Assembly (NCBI GenBank): GCA_001782165.1 | Contig: MFNV01000002.1 | Span: 81,002 to 145,001 of the forward strand | From: Candidatus Levybacteria bacterium RIFCSPHIGHO2_01_FULL_41_15 | GTDB lineage: Bacteria > Patescibacteriota > Microgenomatia > Levybacterales > UBA12049 | Length of the DNA: 64,000 nucleotides | Reading direction: 5' to 3' | Notes under the pieces: generated by a model | The model's database searches: none | Seen by the model: only the letters and a program-made list of their open reading frames with translations | What the model was told of the DNA's origin: nothing | Translations under genes and position numbers: made by a program | Shown: positions 52,891 to 64,000 of the stretch, piece by piece | Position numbering within the stretch: position 1 is the first letter of the stretch | Layout of the letters: each line of letters starts with the position of its first letter

Positions 52891-54406
52891 AAACGAAGAG
52901 ATTATTAAGGAACTTGAGAAGAGTCTTGCGACTTTTTCCCAGGAAAAAAGATTTAAAAATGTCGGGTTAGTCGAAAGAAACAGCGACGCAGTTGTAGTTG
53001 CCTCAGGTCTTTCTCAGTCTTTCATAGGAGAGCAAGTCGCTTTTGATAACGGCTCAAAGGGGGTAATCCTAGGCCTTGAGGAGGATTTTGCATCCATCAT
53101 TCTTTTAGGGGAAGGTACGGATATAACAGAGGGAGATAAAATAAGAACTACGGGCAAAATTTTAAGCGTAGTTGTTGAAGATAAACTGATCGGAAGGGTA
53201 ATATCTCCGTTGGGAACACCGCTTGATGGTAAACCCGCCTTAAAAACCGGGAAAATAATGCCTCTTGAAAAAATTGCCCCCGGAGTTATAGAAAGGGAAC
53301 CTGTAAATACTCCTCTTAAAACCGGCATCAAGTTAGTAGATGCCGTAATACCCATAGGAAGAGGGCAAAGAGAACTTATAATAGGCGACCGGGGGCTTGG
53401 TAAAACAGCAATCGCAATTGATGCGATTATCAATCAAAAACCCACAAAGGAATCTAAGCTAAAGCCTGTTATATGTATCTATGTCCCGATAGGACAAAAG
53501 CAAAGCACGGTAGCTCAGGTAATTGCAAGATTGAAGGAATTCGAAGCTATGGAGTACACGATAGTTGTATCTGCTTGTGCATCTGATCCTGCTGCCCTTC
53601 AGTATCTTGCACCCTATGCAGGAATTGCAGTTGCGGAATATTTTCTTGAAAAAGGACAGGATTGTCTTGTAGTTTATGACGATCTTTCAAAACATGCATG
53701 GGCATACAGACAAATTTCGCTTGTTTTAAGACGCCCTGCCGGCCGAGAAGCTTATCCGGGTGATATATTTTACCTTCATTCAAGGTTACTTGAACGCGCG
53801 GTCAAGCTCAATGAAGAGCACGGAGGGGGATCAATAACAGCCCTTCCAATTGTTGAAACTCAAGCAAATGATATCTCAGCATATATACCCACTAATATTA
53901 TTAGTATCACAGACGGGCAGATTTATCTTGAATCAAGCCTTTTTAATGCGGGGGTAAGACCTGCAATTAATGTAGGCAATTCAGTGTCCCGGGTTGGGGG
54001 TGCTGCTCAGACTTCGGGAATCAAGTCAGTCTCAGGAAAGATGAGACTTGATCTTGCTCAGTACAGGGAGCTTGCAGTTTTTGCTCAATTTGGCTCAGAA
54101 CTTGATCAGACAACACTAACTCAACTAGAAAGAGGAAAAAGAATCACGGAAATTCTAAAACAACCCCAATACAGCCCCCTACCTGAGTCTCTTGAAATTT
54201 TAAGCATTTGGACCGTTACAAATGGGTATTTAGATGATATACCTGTTGAATCTATAAAAAAGTTTGAGACAGGGTTCCATAAATTTGTTCAAAGAAATCA
54301 CCAAGATATCATCAAAGCTCTAGAGGATGGAGAAAAGCCAAAAGAAGAAACAATAAAAAAAATGATAAAAGCAATAACCGAATTTAAGAAAACATTTAAT
54401 TCCTAA
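52883..54406 (+). CDS. atpA: ATP synthase F1 alpha
   Basis: [30 protein letters not shown]. Confidence 0.98.
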   Translation: MSKNEEIIKELEKSLATFSQEKRFKNVGLVERNSDAVVVASGLSQSFIGEQVAFDNGSKGVILGLEEDFASIILLGEGTDITEGDKIRTTGKILSVVVEDKLIGRVISPLGTPLDGKPALKTGKIMPLEKIAPGVIEREPVNTPLKTGIKLVDAVIPIGRGQRELIIGDRGLGKTAIAIDAIINQKPTKESKLKPVICIYVPIGQKQSTVAQVIARLKEFEAMEYTIVVSACASDPAALQYLAPYAGIAVAEYFLEKGQDCLVVYDDLSKHAWAYRQISLVLRRPAGREAYPGDIFYLHSRLLERAVKLNEEHGGGSITALPIVETQANDISAYIPTNIISITDGQIYLESSLFNAGVRPAINVGNSVSRVGGAAQTSGIKSVSGKMRLDLAQYRELAVFAQFGSELDQTTLTQLERGKRITEILKQPQYSPLPESLEILSIWTVTNGYLDDIPVESIKKFETGFHKFVQRNHQDIIKALEDGEKPKEETIKKMIKAITEFKKTFNS

Positions 54407-54407
54407 T

Positions 54408-56652
<2,245 letters not shown>

Positions 56653-56653
56653 T

Positions 56654-57082
56654 ATGAATCTTCATCTTGAAATAATTACACCGGAAAAGATAGTTTACAA
56701 AAATGATGTCGATGAAGTTGTAGTCCAAAGCGAAAATGGACAGATTACAATACTTCCCAATCATGTCGGACTTCTTACTAAGATAGTCCCGGGAGAACTT
56801 ATTGTTAAAAAGGGGGGCTCAACGCAATTACTTGCAATAACAGGAGGCTTTCTTGAAGTTGAAAAAAATAATGTAAGCATACTTGCAGATTATGCTGTAA
56901 GAGCAGAGGATATTGAAGTTCTTAAGGCTCAAGAAGCCCAAAGAAGAGCCGGCAAGCTTATGGAGGAGAAAAGAAGTGAAAAAGATTTTGCAACAGCACA
57001 GGCTGAGATGATAAAAGCGATAACCGAACTTAAAGTCGCAACAAAATACAAACGAAAACCCTCAAGACCAACAGAAGTCTAA
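56654..57082 (+). CDS. atpC: ATP synthase F1 epsilon
   Basis: LEIITPE, ILPNH, GGFLEV; start ATG 56654. Confidence 0.95.
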   Translation: MNLHLEIITPEKIVYKNDVDEVVVQSENGQITILPNHVGLLTKIVPGELIVKKGGSTQLLAITGGFLEVEKNNVSILADYAVRAEDIEVLKAQEAQRRAGKLMEEKRSEKDFATAQAEMIKAITELKVATKYKRKPSRPTEV

Positions 57083-57086
57083 TTGA

Positions 57087-57713
57087 TTAAGTTATACATA
57101 ATGGTTCGTTTCGTGTACAACATGGACACTCCTCAGGCTTATACAAATCTAATTTTAAAGTAATAAGAGCATCTATCTTATCCACCCCAACATCTTCCGG
57201 GCGTACATCGCCTCGATTACACAAAACAGCAACTCCAACAACAACTCCACCAACTCCTTGCACTGCGCTGATAATATCTCTAATTGACTTACCCGTAGTT
57301 AACACATCATCTACGATTAGAGCATTTTTGCCCTCAACGAGCTCGCTTAATTCGTTATTGCGAAACCGCATCCTTCCTTCTATCTTTTCGACAAACACTG
57401 CTAGAACTTCTCTGCTATTCATCCTTGATAAATGAGTTGCCGTTTTGTCCGATAAAATTACTCCACCTACTGCGGGCGCTACTACTATTCCTATGTCTTT
57501 ATCTTTAAAATCTTGTGCGATCATTTCGCAAAGATCTGAAGTATCTTTTGTATACGGATAAATTAAAGTCTTTTCCACAAATTTACTTGTATGAAGTCCT
57601 GATGCCAGCCGGAAATGGCCTTCTTGAATTACCCCAGCTCTTTCAAATATCTGTCTTACTTTTTCTTCTCGAGCTCTTTTTTCACGAGGATCTCCTTCTA
57701 GAAAGTTTGACAT
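57087..57713 (-). CDS. pyrE: Orotate phosphoribosyltransferase
   Basis: EGHFRLASGLH, PRPP motif VDDVLTTGKS, C-terminal ECPCC. Confidence 0.9.
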   Translation of the reverse strand: MSNFLEGDPREKRAREEKVRQIFERAGVIQEGHFRLASGLHTSKFVEKTLIYPYTKDTSDLCEMIAQDFKDKDIGIVVAPAVGGVILSDKTATHLSRMNSREVLAVFVEKIEGRMRFRNNELSELVEGKNALIVDDVLTTGKSIRDIISAVQGVGGVVVGVAVLCNRGDVRPEDVGVDKIDALITLKLDLYKPEECPCCTRNEPLCIT

Positions 57714-57825
57714 ACAAAACGAGACAGAGCAGAACTATTATATATTCATAGTTTTTATTGTCAATAGTTGCTCTTGAGGGTTAAATTTCATAAAATAGAC
57801 TTGTTGTCGAGTCAAACTCGGCTTC

Positions 57826-58006
57826 GCCGGAGTAACTCAGTGGTAGAGTAGCTCTTTCGCCCGCCTGCCATAGCTTGCCAGGATAGCTCAGCTGGTAGAG
57901 CAAGGCTTTCGTAAAGCCGAGGTCGTGGGTTCAAATCCCACTCCTGGCTCAGGCAAGCGGCGGACAGGTAAAGAGCAAGTCGTGGGTTCAAGTCCCACCT
58001 CCGGCT
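57826..58006 (+). tRNA. Outer (interrupted) tRNA-Thr(CGU): exons 57826-57859 and 57969-58006, 109-nt insert at 35/36
   Basis: Joined halves form an all-Watson-Crick cloverleaf: GCCGGAG/CTCCGGC, ACTC/GAGT, GCTCT-TTCG^TAA-AGAGC, GTGGG-TTCAAGT-CCCAC. Confidence 0.88.
57877..57949 (+). tRNA. Inner tRNA-Thr(CGU) nested in the anticodon of the outer tRNA-Thr
   Basis: GCCAGGA/TCCTGGC, GCTC/GAGC, AGGCT-TTCGTAA-AGCCG, GTGGG-TTCAAAT-CCCAC. Confidence 0.93.
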
Positions 58007-58014
58007 CACATTCT

Positions 58015-58060
58015 GTACTAAGTTTAATTGAAGTAACTCGTACTGAGTTTTATCGAAGTA
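58015..58060 (+). repeat. Two direct copies of a 21-bp REP-like element
   Basis: GTACTAAGTTTAATTGAAGTA (58015-58035) and GTACTGAGTTTTATCGAAGTA (58040-58060). Confidence 0.7.
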
Positions 58061-58776
58061 TGAATAGGAATAAATATTCCCGCCTTTCAAAGCGGCTTGA
58101 AAAGCAGTCTCAAAAAAACCTAATATTAAGTGCTCTTGGAATACTTGTAGTTATTTTCCTTCTTGTGAAATTCGGAATTCCCCTTCTTGTAAATTTTTCC
58201 GTATTTATAGGAAGCTTGGGCAAAGCTGATGAGACCGTTAAAACCGAAACCGAAAGCTTTGTAACTGCGCCCATACTCGATATACCTTTTACTGCCACAA
58301 ACAGTGCTCAAACAAGAATAACAGGGCAGTCAACAGCAGAATCCACAGTTTCAGTTTATCTTAACGGTTCCCTTTTTGAAAAAAACGAAGTTGAGAAGGA
58401 TGGAATTTTCTCTTTTTTAATAACTTTAAATGATGGAGAAAATAGAATAAAAGCAAAAGCTGAGAAAGATAATAAAGAAAGCGACTTCTCTGATGAGCTT
58501 ATTATTATTTATCAGAATAAACCTCCATCTCTTGAGATAAAGTCGCCAACAGAAGGCCAAAAATTTGAAAAAGATCAGAACACGGTTATTGTTACCGGAA
58601 AAACAGATTCGGGAACAAGAGTAACTGTTAACAGCTTTTGGGCGCAGATTGATGAGGAAAATAATTTTTCATACAATCTGACTCTTCATGATGGAGATAA
58701 CGAAATAAAAATAATCGCAGAAGACAAAGCTGGCAATAAAACAGAAAAAAATATAAAGGTCAATTATTCTCCGTAA
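58060..58776 (+). CDS. Membrane-anchored protein with two bacterial Ig-like domains
   Basis: Basic N-terminus and TM, repeated L.DG.N.I...A.D motif; true start likely ATG 58060. Confidence 0.8.
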   Translation: MNRNKYSRLSKRLEKQSQKNLILSALGILVVIFLLVKFGIPLLVNFSVFIGSLGKADETVKTETESFVTAPILDIPFTATNSAQTRITGQSTAESTVSVYLNGSLFEKNEVEKDGIFSFLITLNDGENRIKAKAEKDNKESDFSDELIIIYQNKPPSLEIKSPTEGQKFEKDQNTVIVTGKTDSGTRVTVNSFWAQIDEENNFSYNLTLHDGDNEIKIIAEDKAGNKTEKNIKVNYSP

Positions 58777-58793
58777 GTCCTTTAATGAATTGA

Positions 58794-60361
58794 ATGAATA
58801 GGAAAGTTTTTATTCCACTTTGTGTATTCATTTTATCTAGGCTTATCTTTATTAACTATCTCCCTGTTTTTTTTGATGCCCCGGAATATTTAGACAGATT
58901 TTTCAACCCTGATTACTTTAAGGCAATAATTTCCGGACATCTCCCTCTTCATATCGGGTACATCTTACTATATTGGCCAATATTCCGCTGCGCTATTTTT
59001 TTTGGGTTTAATCCTTCTCTAACAATCATTGTTGCTCAGATCTTATTATCTACCATTGGCATTTACTGCTTTTATCGTTTTATTGAAATAGTAACAAATA
59101 GAAGGATTGCCTTTATTGGATCACTTATCGCAACACTTACTCCATTGTACTGGATAATGAACGTCTCAATCATGACTGAGTCAACATATATAAATTTTTT
59201 TCTAATATCAATATTTTTTTAGCAAAATATGGAAAAGAGGAGGAACACTCTAGGATTACTCTTTTTGCTGGCTGTATATTTTTTGCCTTATCATTTCTCA
59301 CTCACCCCCTTGTCATACTATGGTTACCATTTTTAATATCTGTAATATATTTTTTTAAGAAAGAAAAGATTTTTATTACCCTTCCTGCGGTAATTATCGC
59401 CGTCATTCTAGCGGGTTTATTAAATAGTTTCTTTATTGCAAACGCCTTGAATATATCTTTTCAAAACGGAATATATAAATACTTATTTGGTCAAGGAATA
59501 GCCTTTACACCAACCATTCATTCATTTTTGACGTTAATAAGACTTATTAGAAACGCTGTTATTCCGCTCTTACAAAATAATAATTCTGTTATATTCTTTT
59601 TGGGTGCAATTTCGCTTATTCTGAAATTTAAGGATAGTAAAAAATTATTCACCGTTGGGTTTTTATGGATTATCCCAGCTCTTATTGTAAATCAATGGTT
59701 TGACTTCGACGCTCTCCTTTTTGGCCGTCATGCTGCAATCACAGGGTTTGGATTTGCATTTTTTGCCGCAATATTTTTAGAAAAAAGAAGAATATTATGC
59801 CTTTTGGTAATTTTATATGTACTGGCCTCTTCCCTACCAGCTTTGACTCTTTTAAAGCAGCCCATACCTTATCTTACCGAACAAAAATTTGTTCAACAAC
59901 TTCCTAAAGGGCTTTTGATTGAAAGTCATTTCGCACGTCCTCAGGTTCAAGGGTATTATAATGGCGAAATTATATTTACAAACGAAACAACTTTAAGTAA
60001 GAAAGAGATAGGGAGAATAATCGATAGATACCTAGATAATAACAAACCTATATTTGTTACCTCCCAAGCGCTATCTGATCCATATGGATTGTATTCGGGA
60101 CCATTTCTCCATATGATATCACTTTCTTACGTTAGGGGATATTTCCTAGAAGATGTAATCAGGCTGTATTCGCTGAACGAATACGCAACGATTGATAAAG
60201 ACGCAGGCCTTACGATATACAAAGTAATTGAGAAAACTAATTCTTCCTACCCAAACATTCAAAAATTAAAAAATAATAGACGTCAAATAGATTATTTTGA
60301 CCCTTTAAGTCGATTAATAACATCATTAAGCATATTATTATTTACTCGTTATTATCCATAA
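58794..60361 (+). pseudogene. GT-C/ArnT-PMT-like membrane glycosyltransferase split by a single-base frameshift at a T7 tract
   Basis: ORFs 58794-59222 and 59447-60361 join into one ~522-aa frame if T7 (59214-59220) becomes T8; N-terminal D..EY and HxP.H motifs. Confidence 0.75.
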
Positions 60362-61532
60362 TCCCCGCTACTATCCACACCCAAAACATAATGAATGAGT
60401 AAAACAAGCCATTTATGAATAGACTCCCCACAAAAATAGAGACTGTTGACGGAATAAACAAAGATAATTTTTTATTTGATTTTATCAGCTTATACCAAAT
60501 AGATAAGTATAGGATTAGTCCAATGATTCCAGTGGTTGCAAGAATAAATAAATAACTATTGTCCGTAGTCGCATCCGCATGACTTGTCACAGAAATTTTG
60601 CTGCCATATCTCTGTCTTGCAAATTTATAGCTATTAAAACCCACTCCAAATACTGGGTTGTCCTTGAAAATATTAAAAGCTAATCTCGCAGAGTCAAACC
60701 TTGCCTCAGAAGATACTATCCTTAAGAAATTAGTTCCTTCGGTCTTGTAAGCTTTTGGGAGAAGAAAAGTTAAAACAACAAATAAAAAAACTAAGATAAC
60801 TATGTAGATTGGTCTTCTTTTGAGAATAAAAAACATCACAGCCCCAACTATAAGCATTATGAATGCACTTCTTGAGTAAGTTAAAAGTATCGCAAGAAAT
60901 GTACAGACTGAAAGAAAAGAGTAAATAAGCAATTTTTTTTTGTTTTTCAAATTTTCGAATATCAAATCCAACAAAAAAAGGAAATACAATACAAAAAAAG
61001 CTCCGGCAAAATTGGGATCTAAAAAAACTGAAAACATCCTGTATAAATGCTCATCCCAACCCAAATAGAAAAGATTTCTTAAACTTTGATAGAAAGTAAA
61101 TTGTATAAATCCTGCTGTCACAATAATCGCGCCAATGAAAATAAGATATGATTTAATTGTGTCTTTAAACTCTCGATCAAAACTACTGACTATTGTAAAA
61201 AGACTTGCATACCCAACCCACCTTAATAAATATGCAAACGAGACGATACCTTGGTTTAAATCCAAAAATTTTAGATTTATTAAAAGGGTCCATAAACAGT
61301 AAATAGAAAAAATAAGTGCTGGAGCATAAATGGTTTTTGATATTCTTTTCTTCAGGAATGAATATATCAACCAAAAGCCAAAAGTTAACGCAACTGTAAG
61401 ATCTAATAATTTTGTTTCAATTCCAAAAATTGAAAAACGAATAAGTTCACCAAAAACAAAAGAAACCAAACAAACTATAATAAGAACTTTTAGTACATTG
61501 ATGTTTACTATTTCTTTTGCCATAATTGCCAA
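60342..61532 (-). CDS. O-antigen ligase/polymerase family protein
   Basis: R.FSVFLDPN, LTYSRSA, P.FGVG, H...N motifs. Confidence 0.88.
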   Translation of the reverse strand: MAIMAKEIVNINVLKVLIIVCLVSFVFGELIRFSIFGIETKLLDLTVALTFGFWLIYSFLKKRISKTIYAPALIFSIYCLWTLLINLKFLDLNQGIVSFAYLLRWVGYASLFTIVSSFDREFKDTIKSYLIFIGAIIVTAGFIQFTFYQSLRNLFYLGWDEHLYRMFSVFLDPNFAGAFFVLYFLFLLDLIFENLKNKKKLLIYSFLSVCTFLAILLTYSRSAFIMLIVGAVMFFILKRRPIYIVILVFLFVVLTFLLPKAYKTEGTNFLRIVSSEARFDSARLAFNIFKDNPVFGVGFNSYKFARQRYGSKISVTSHADATTDNSYLFILATTGIIGLILYLSIWYKLIKSNKKLSLFIPSTVSIFVGSLFINGLFYSFIMFWVWIVAGIMDNNE

Positions 61533-62254
61533 AGCTTTCCGCGGACTAGAAATGAATGAAAGCTCATCATAAGAGCATATATTAAACCCCGTATCCCGTC
61601 TAGAAAACCGAGCTTCAAAAAATAATTGAGAATAAATTTTCCTTTAGTATAAATAATAATCTCTAAAAATCCTGATCTGACTTTTTTTTCAAAGAGTTCT
61701 TTTGCCCGGAGATTGGTATAAAAATTAATTTCCGTAAGGAATTCATTTACTGTTTGATGAGGATAATGATAGAGTGAATTTTCTAATTTCCCCACTTTTC
61801 CTTTAATCTTCCATTCCTCGTGAATCTTCCCCTCCCATTTTCCCTGTAATTTTCTTGCAAGTCGCAGAAGCCAAATATTTCCCGTCTCCCCATGCTTCAA
61901 TTCCTTACCCCATGTGAAATCTCTTCTCTTAATATAAAACCCGCTGCATTGGTTAATTGGATTATTGGTTAATCCGATTATTTCTTCGCAAAGCGAAGGA
62001 GTTACTCTCTCATCTGCGTCTACAAAGAATACCCACTCATTTTTCGCCTTTTCCAAACCAAAATTCCTCTGAGAAAAGAAATCACCGTTTAAATCTCTTC
62101 TGAAGACTTTCGCGCCCAGCTCTTCAGCTATTTCTCTCGTCTTATCAGTTGAATTATCGTCAATTAAGATTATTTCATCACACCACTTAACACTCTTGAT
62201 ACAATCTTCTATATTTTTTTCCTCATTTTTAGTTAAAATAACAGCAGATATCAT
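61508..62254 (-). CDS. Glycosyltransferase family 2
   Basis: ISAVILTKNEE, DDNSTD, VDADE, IHE. Confidence 0.93.
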   Translation of the reverse strand: MISAVILTKNEEKNIEDCIKSVKWCDEIILIDDNSTDKTREIAEELGAKVFRRDLNGDFFSQRNFGLEKAKNEWVFFVDADERVTPSLCEEIIGLTNNPINQCSGFYIKRRDFTWGKELKHGETGNIWLLRLARKLQGKWEGKIHEEWKIKGKVGKLENSLYHYPHQTVNEFLTEINFYTNLRAKELFEKKVRSGFLEIIIYTKGKFILNYFLKLGFLDGIRGLIYALMMSFHSFLVRGKLWQLWQKK

Positions 62255-64000
62255 TTTTTCTCTATTATTATACCCTTTGATGTTTCGGAAATTATAATTT
62301 TAGTTTTTACACTTTCGCGGCTTGCAGGATGACTCTTCCACCACAACAAGTATTCATAATTCATGGTAAAACTCTCAAACTGGCTTCCTTCACCCTTACC
62401 TAATAAATTGTATTCCTGATCTTGAGTCAGAGCTATTATTCTTCCTACCGCATTCAATCTATTTTTAAACGACAATCCCTCATTGATACGAGAATTATTT
62501 TTAAAAAGCGGGTAGACATTAAAGCTTACTAAAATGATTAAAAATGTAATACCAATAAGTTTAAATGTATTGCTCACTATCAGTTTATTGAAAACTAATC
62601 CCGCAATTATAATAATCGGAGGAAAAAAAATTGGAAGGTATGCCTCAGAGGAAGTTTTTGCGATCAAAAATCCCAAAAATGAAATTATAAAATAAATTCC
62701 GATTAATAGATAACCTAATTGAATTTTTTTCTTTCCGATATCTTTATATAGAATAAAAAAGAAAAGCGAAAAAGATATTATCAATAAAATTAAGGCGATC
62801 TGATAACTTTCTGCAAAAATTAATCTTCCGTAAGACTCAAGAAAAAAATTTAGAACCGTAAGATAACTCGATTGTTCAGTTATTGAACCGACGCCGGGGA
62901 GCCCAAAAAATTTTAAAAACTTATATCCTATCCAAGCTATGAATTTAAAGGTTTGCGGAAATCCGTGATTAAAATCATAAATCAAAATTGGCAACATCGG
63001 AACGATAAATCCAATTATCGATAAGAGTATTATTTTAGGATTTTTAAGTTTGGATACAAATTGCTTTTTTTTATAAATACCGTATACCATAAATAAAACC
63101 AGAACTATCCATAGGGAAGTTGTGGATAGTTCAAGATTATAAAGAATAGAAAGCACAAGAATGACAGCGGGAAAAAACATGGCTTTTCCCGAAAGCCATT
63201 TATAAATAAACAGGATAAATAATAAAGAAAAAAAGGGAATCAAAGTAGTATGATAGGGCATTCTCGAGTGCAAAACGGTAAGAGGTGATACCGCATAAAG
63301 CAAACCTGATACGAGTCCTGTTTGTCTTGAAAACAGTATTGTACCCACTCTATATATTAGGAACGTTGACAGAACACTAAAAATCGCCGTAAAATAGGCG
63401 GGAGCGACAGGATTAAAATTTGAAATTAAAAAGATTAAACTTAGAATATACGTCCACAAAGGACCCTGATGAAGCCAAGTGTGGCTTGACGTAATTCCAA
63501 CCAGAGGAATGTTTCCTGTCAATAATAAATCTCGCGCAGACAGATAAAACCATCCCTGATCTCCTATAAATTCCATGGTTGACCCTAGTTTATAGAAACG
63601 GAGAAGCGCTGCAAGAAAAAGGATGATTGTTAAAAATAAAAGATTTTTATTAAATCGAAAAAATAACTTTAATATTAAAGCAAGAAACGAGCCATACCAT
63701 TTTTTAAAATAGTAAAACCTGCTCTTTGAAAATATTTCTTTTATGTCATTTCTTTTTTTTGTACTTATCCCACCAAAATGAATAATTTTTGCATCTGGGA
63801 CAGAATAATTTCGATAACCTTTAATTTTTAATCTTTTGCACAAATCTGCTTCTTCAAAAAAAAGAAAAAATTCTTCATCAAATCCTCCAATTTCATCAAA
63901 AACTTTCTTTTTTATCATTAAGGATGTTCCGGGAACTACGTCCATTTCTCGCACCGCTTTTCTGTCCCAATCTTTATAAAAAAAATTTTCGGCTATCCAA
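62251..64000 (-). CDS. GT2 C-terminal part fused to a GT39/ArnT-like membrane domain; 5' end lies outside the window
   Basis: GGFDEEFFLFFEEADLC (GT2), then LRFYKL...FIGDQG...HQGP (GT-C); frame stays open upstream of 63954 to the edge. Confidence 0.8.
   Translation of the reverse strand, partial: WIAENFFYKDWDRKAVREMDVVPGTSLMIKKKVFDEIGGFDEEFFLFFEEADLCKRLKIKGYRNYSVPDAKIIHFGGISTKKRNDIKEIFSKSRFYYFKKWYGSFLALILKLFFRFNKNLLFLTIILFLAALLRFYKLGSTMEFIGDQGWFYLSARDLLLTGNIPLVGITSSHTWLHQGPLWTYILSLIFLISNFNPVAPAYFTAIFSVLSTFLIYRVGTILFSRQTGLVSGLLYAVSPLTVLHSRMPYHTTLIPFFSLLFILFIYKWLSGKAMFFPAVILVLSILYNLELSTTSLWIVLVLFMVYGIYKKKQFVSKLKNPKIILLSIIGFIVPMLPILIYDFNHGFPQTFKFIAWIGYKFLKFFGLPGVGSITEQSSYLTVLNFFLESYGRLIFAESYQIALILLIISFSLFFFILYKDIGKKKIQLGYLLIGIYFIISFLGFLIAKTSSEAYLPIFFPPIIIIAGLVFNKLIVSNTFKLIGITFLIILVSFNVYPLFKNNSRINEGLSFKNRLNAVGRIIALTQDQEYNLLGKGEGSQFESFTMNYEYLLWWKSHPASRESVKTKIIISETSKGIIIEKK

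Noticed and set aside
57860-57968. Archaeal-type bulge-helix-bulge intron
   Set aside because: The junction does not fold into a 3-4-3 BHB by eye and is not at the canonical 37/38 position; a relaxed motif cannot be fully excluded.
57925-58059. N-terminal extension of the Ig-like ORF, and ORFs 57812-58090 and 38393-38629
   Set aside because: These are translations of tRNA and repeat sequence; the likely real start is ATG 58060.

Overview
AT-rich (roughly 35-37% GC by eye), gene-dense window from a Patescibacteria/CPR bacterium, most consistent with Microgenomates (inference from gene content and style; genetic code 11). It holds mostly housekeeping genes: copA and a cupredoxin, dinB, a MacAB-like ABC system, rnhB, yvcK-secG, uvrA/B/C, lexA, PMM, PGI/PMI, a divergent enolase, pyrG, PolX-PHP, lemA-htpX-murT-gatD-gatCAB-dnaE, the F1Fo atp operon, pyrE and a surface-glycosylation cluster, plus several tRNAs. 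The main signal is two independent 'tRNA-inside-a-tRNA' loci. An outer tRNA-Gly(CCC) (38348-38526) and an outer tRNA-Thr(CGU) (57826-58006) are each interrupted between anticodon positions 35 and 36 by a 108/109-nt insert. Each insert carries a complete, sequence-divergent tRNA with the same anticodon, and both inserts share the termini YCCGCC...GGCGGRCAGG. These termini match a free-standing 30-nt palindromic element found in a tRNA-His relic, in-frame in pyrG and in the LysM-gene leader, always in the transcribed orientation. Other observations: a 3-unit structured RNA-like array at 13.5 kb, an enolase missing its phosphate-binding residues, an MshC-like CysRS paralog, a poly-T frameshifted GT-C gene, several palindromic and heptamer repeats inserted in-frame in proteins, candidate LexA and CsoR operators, and many apparently leaderless genes. 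All calls come from reading the sequence by eye; no searches were run.
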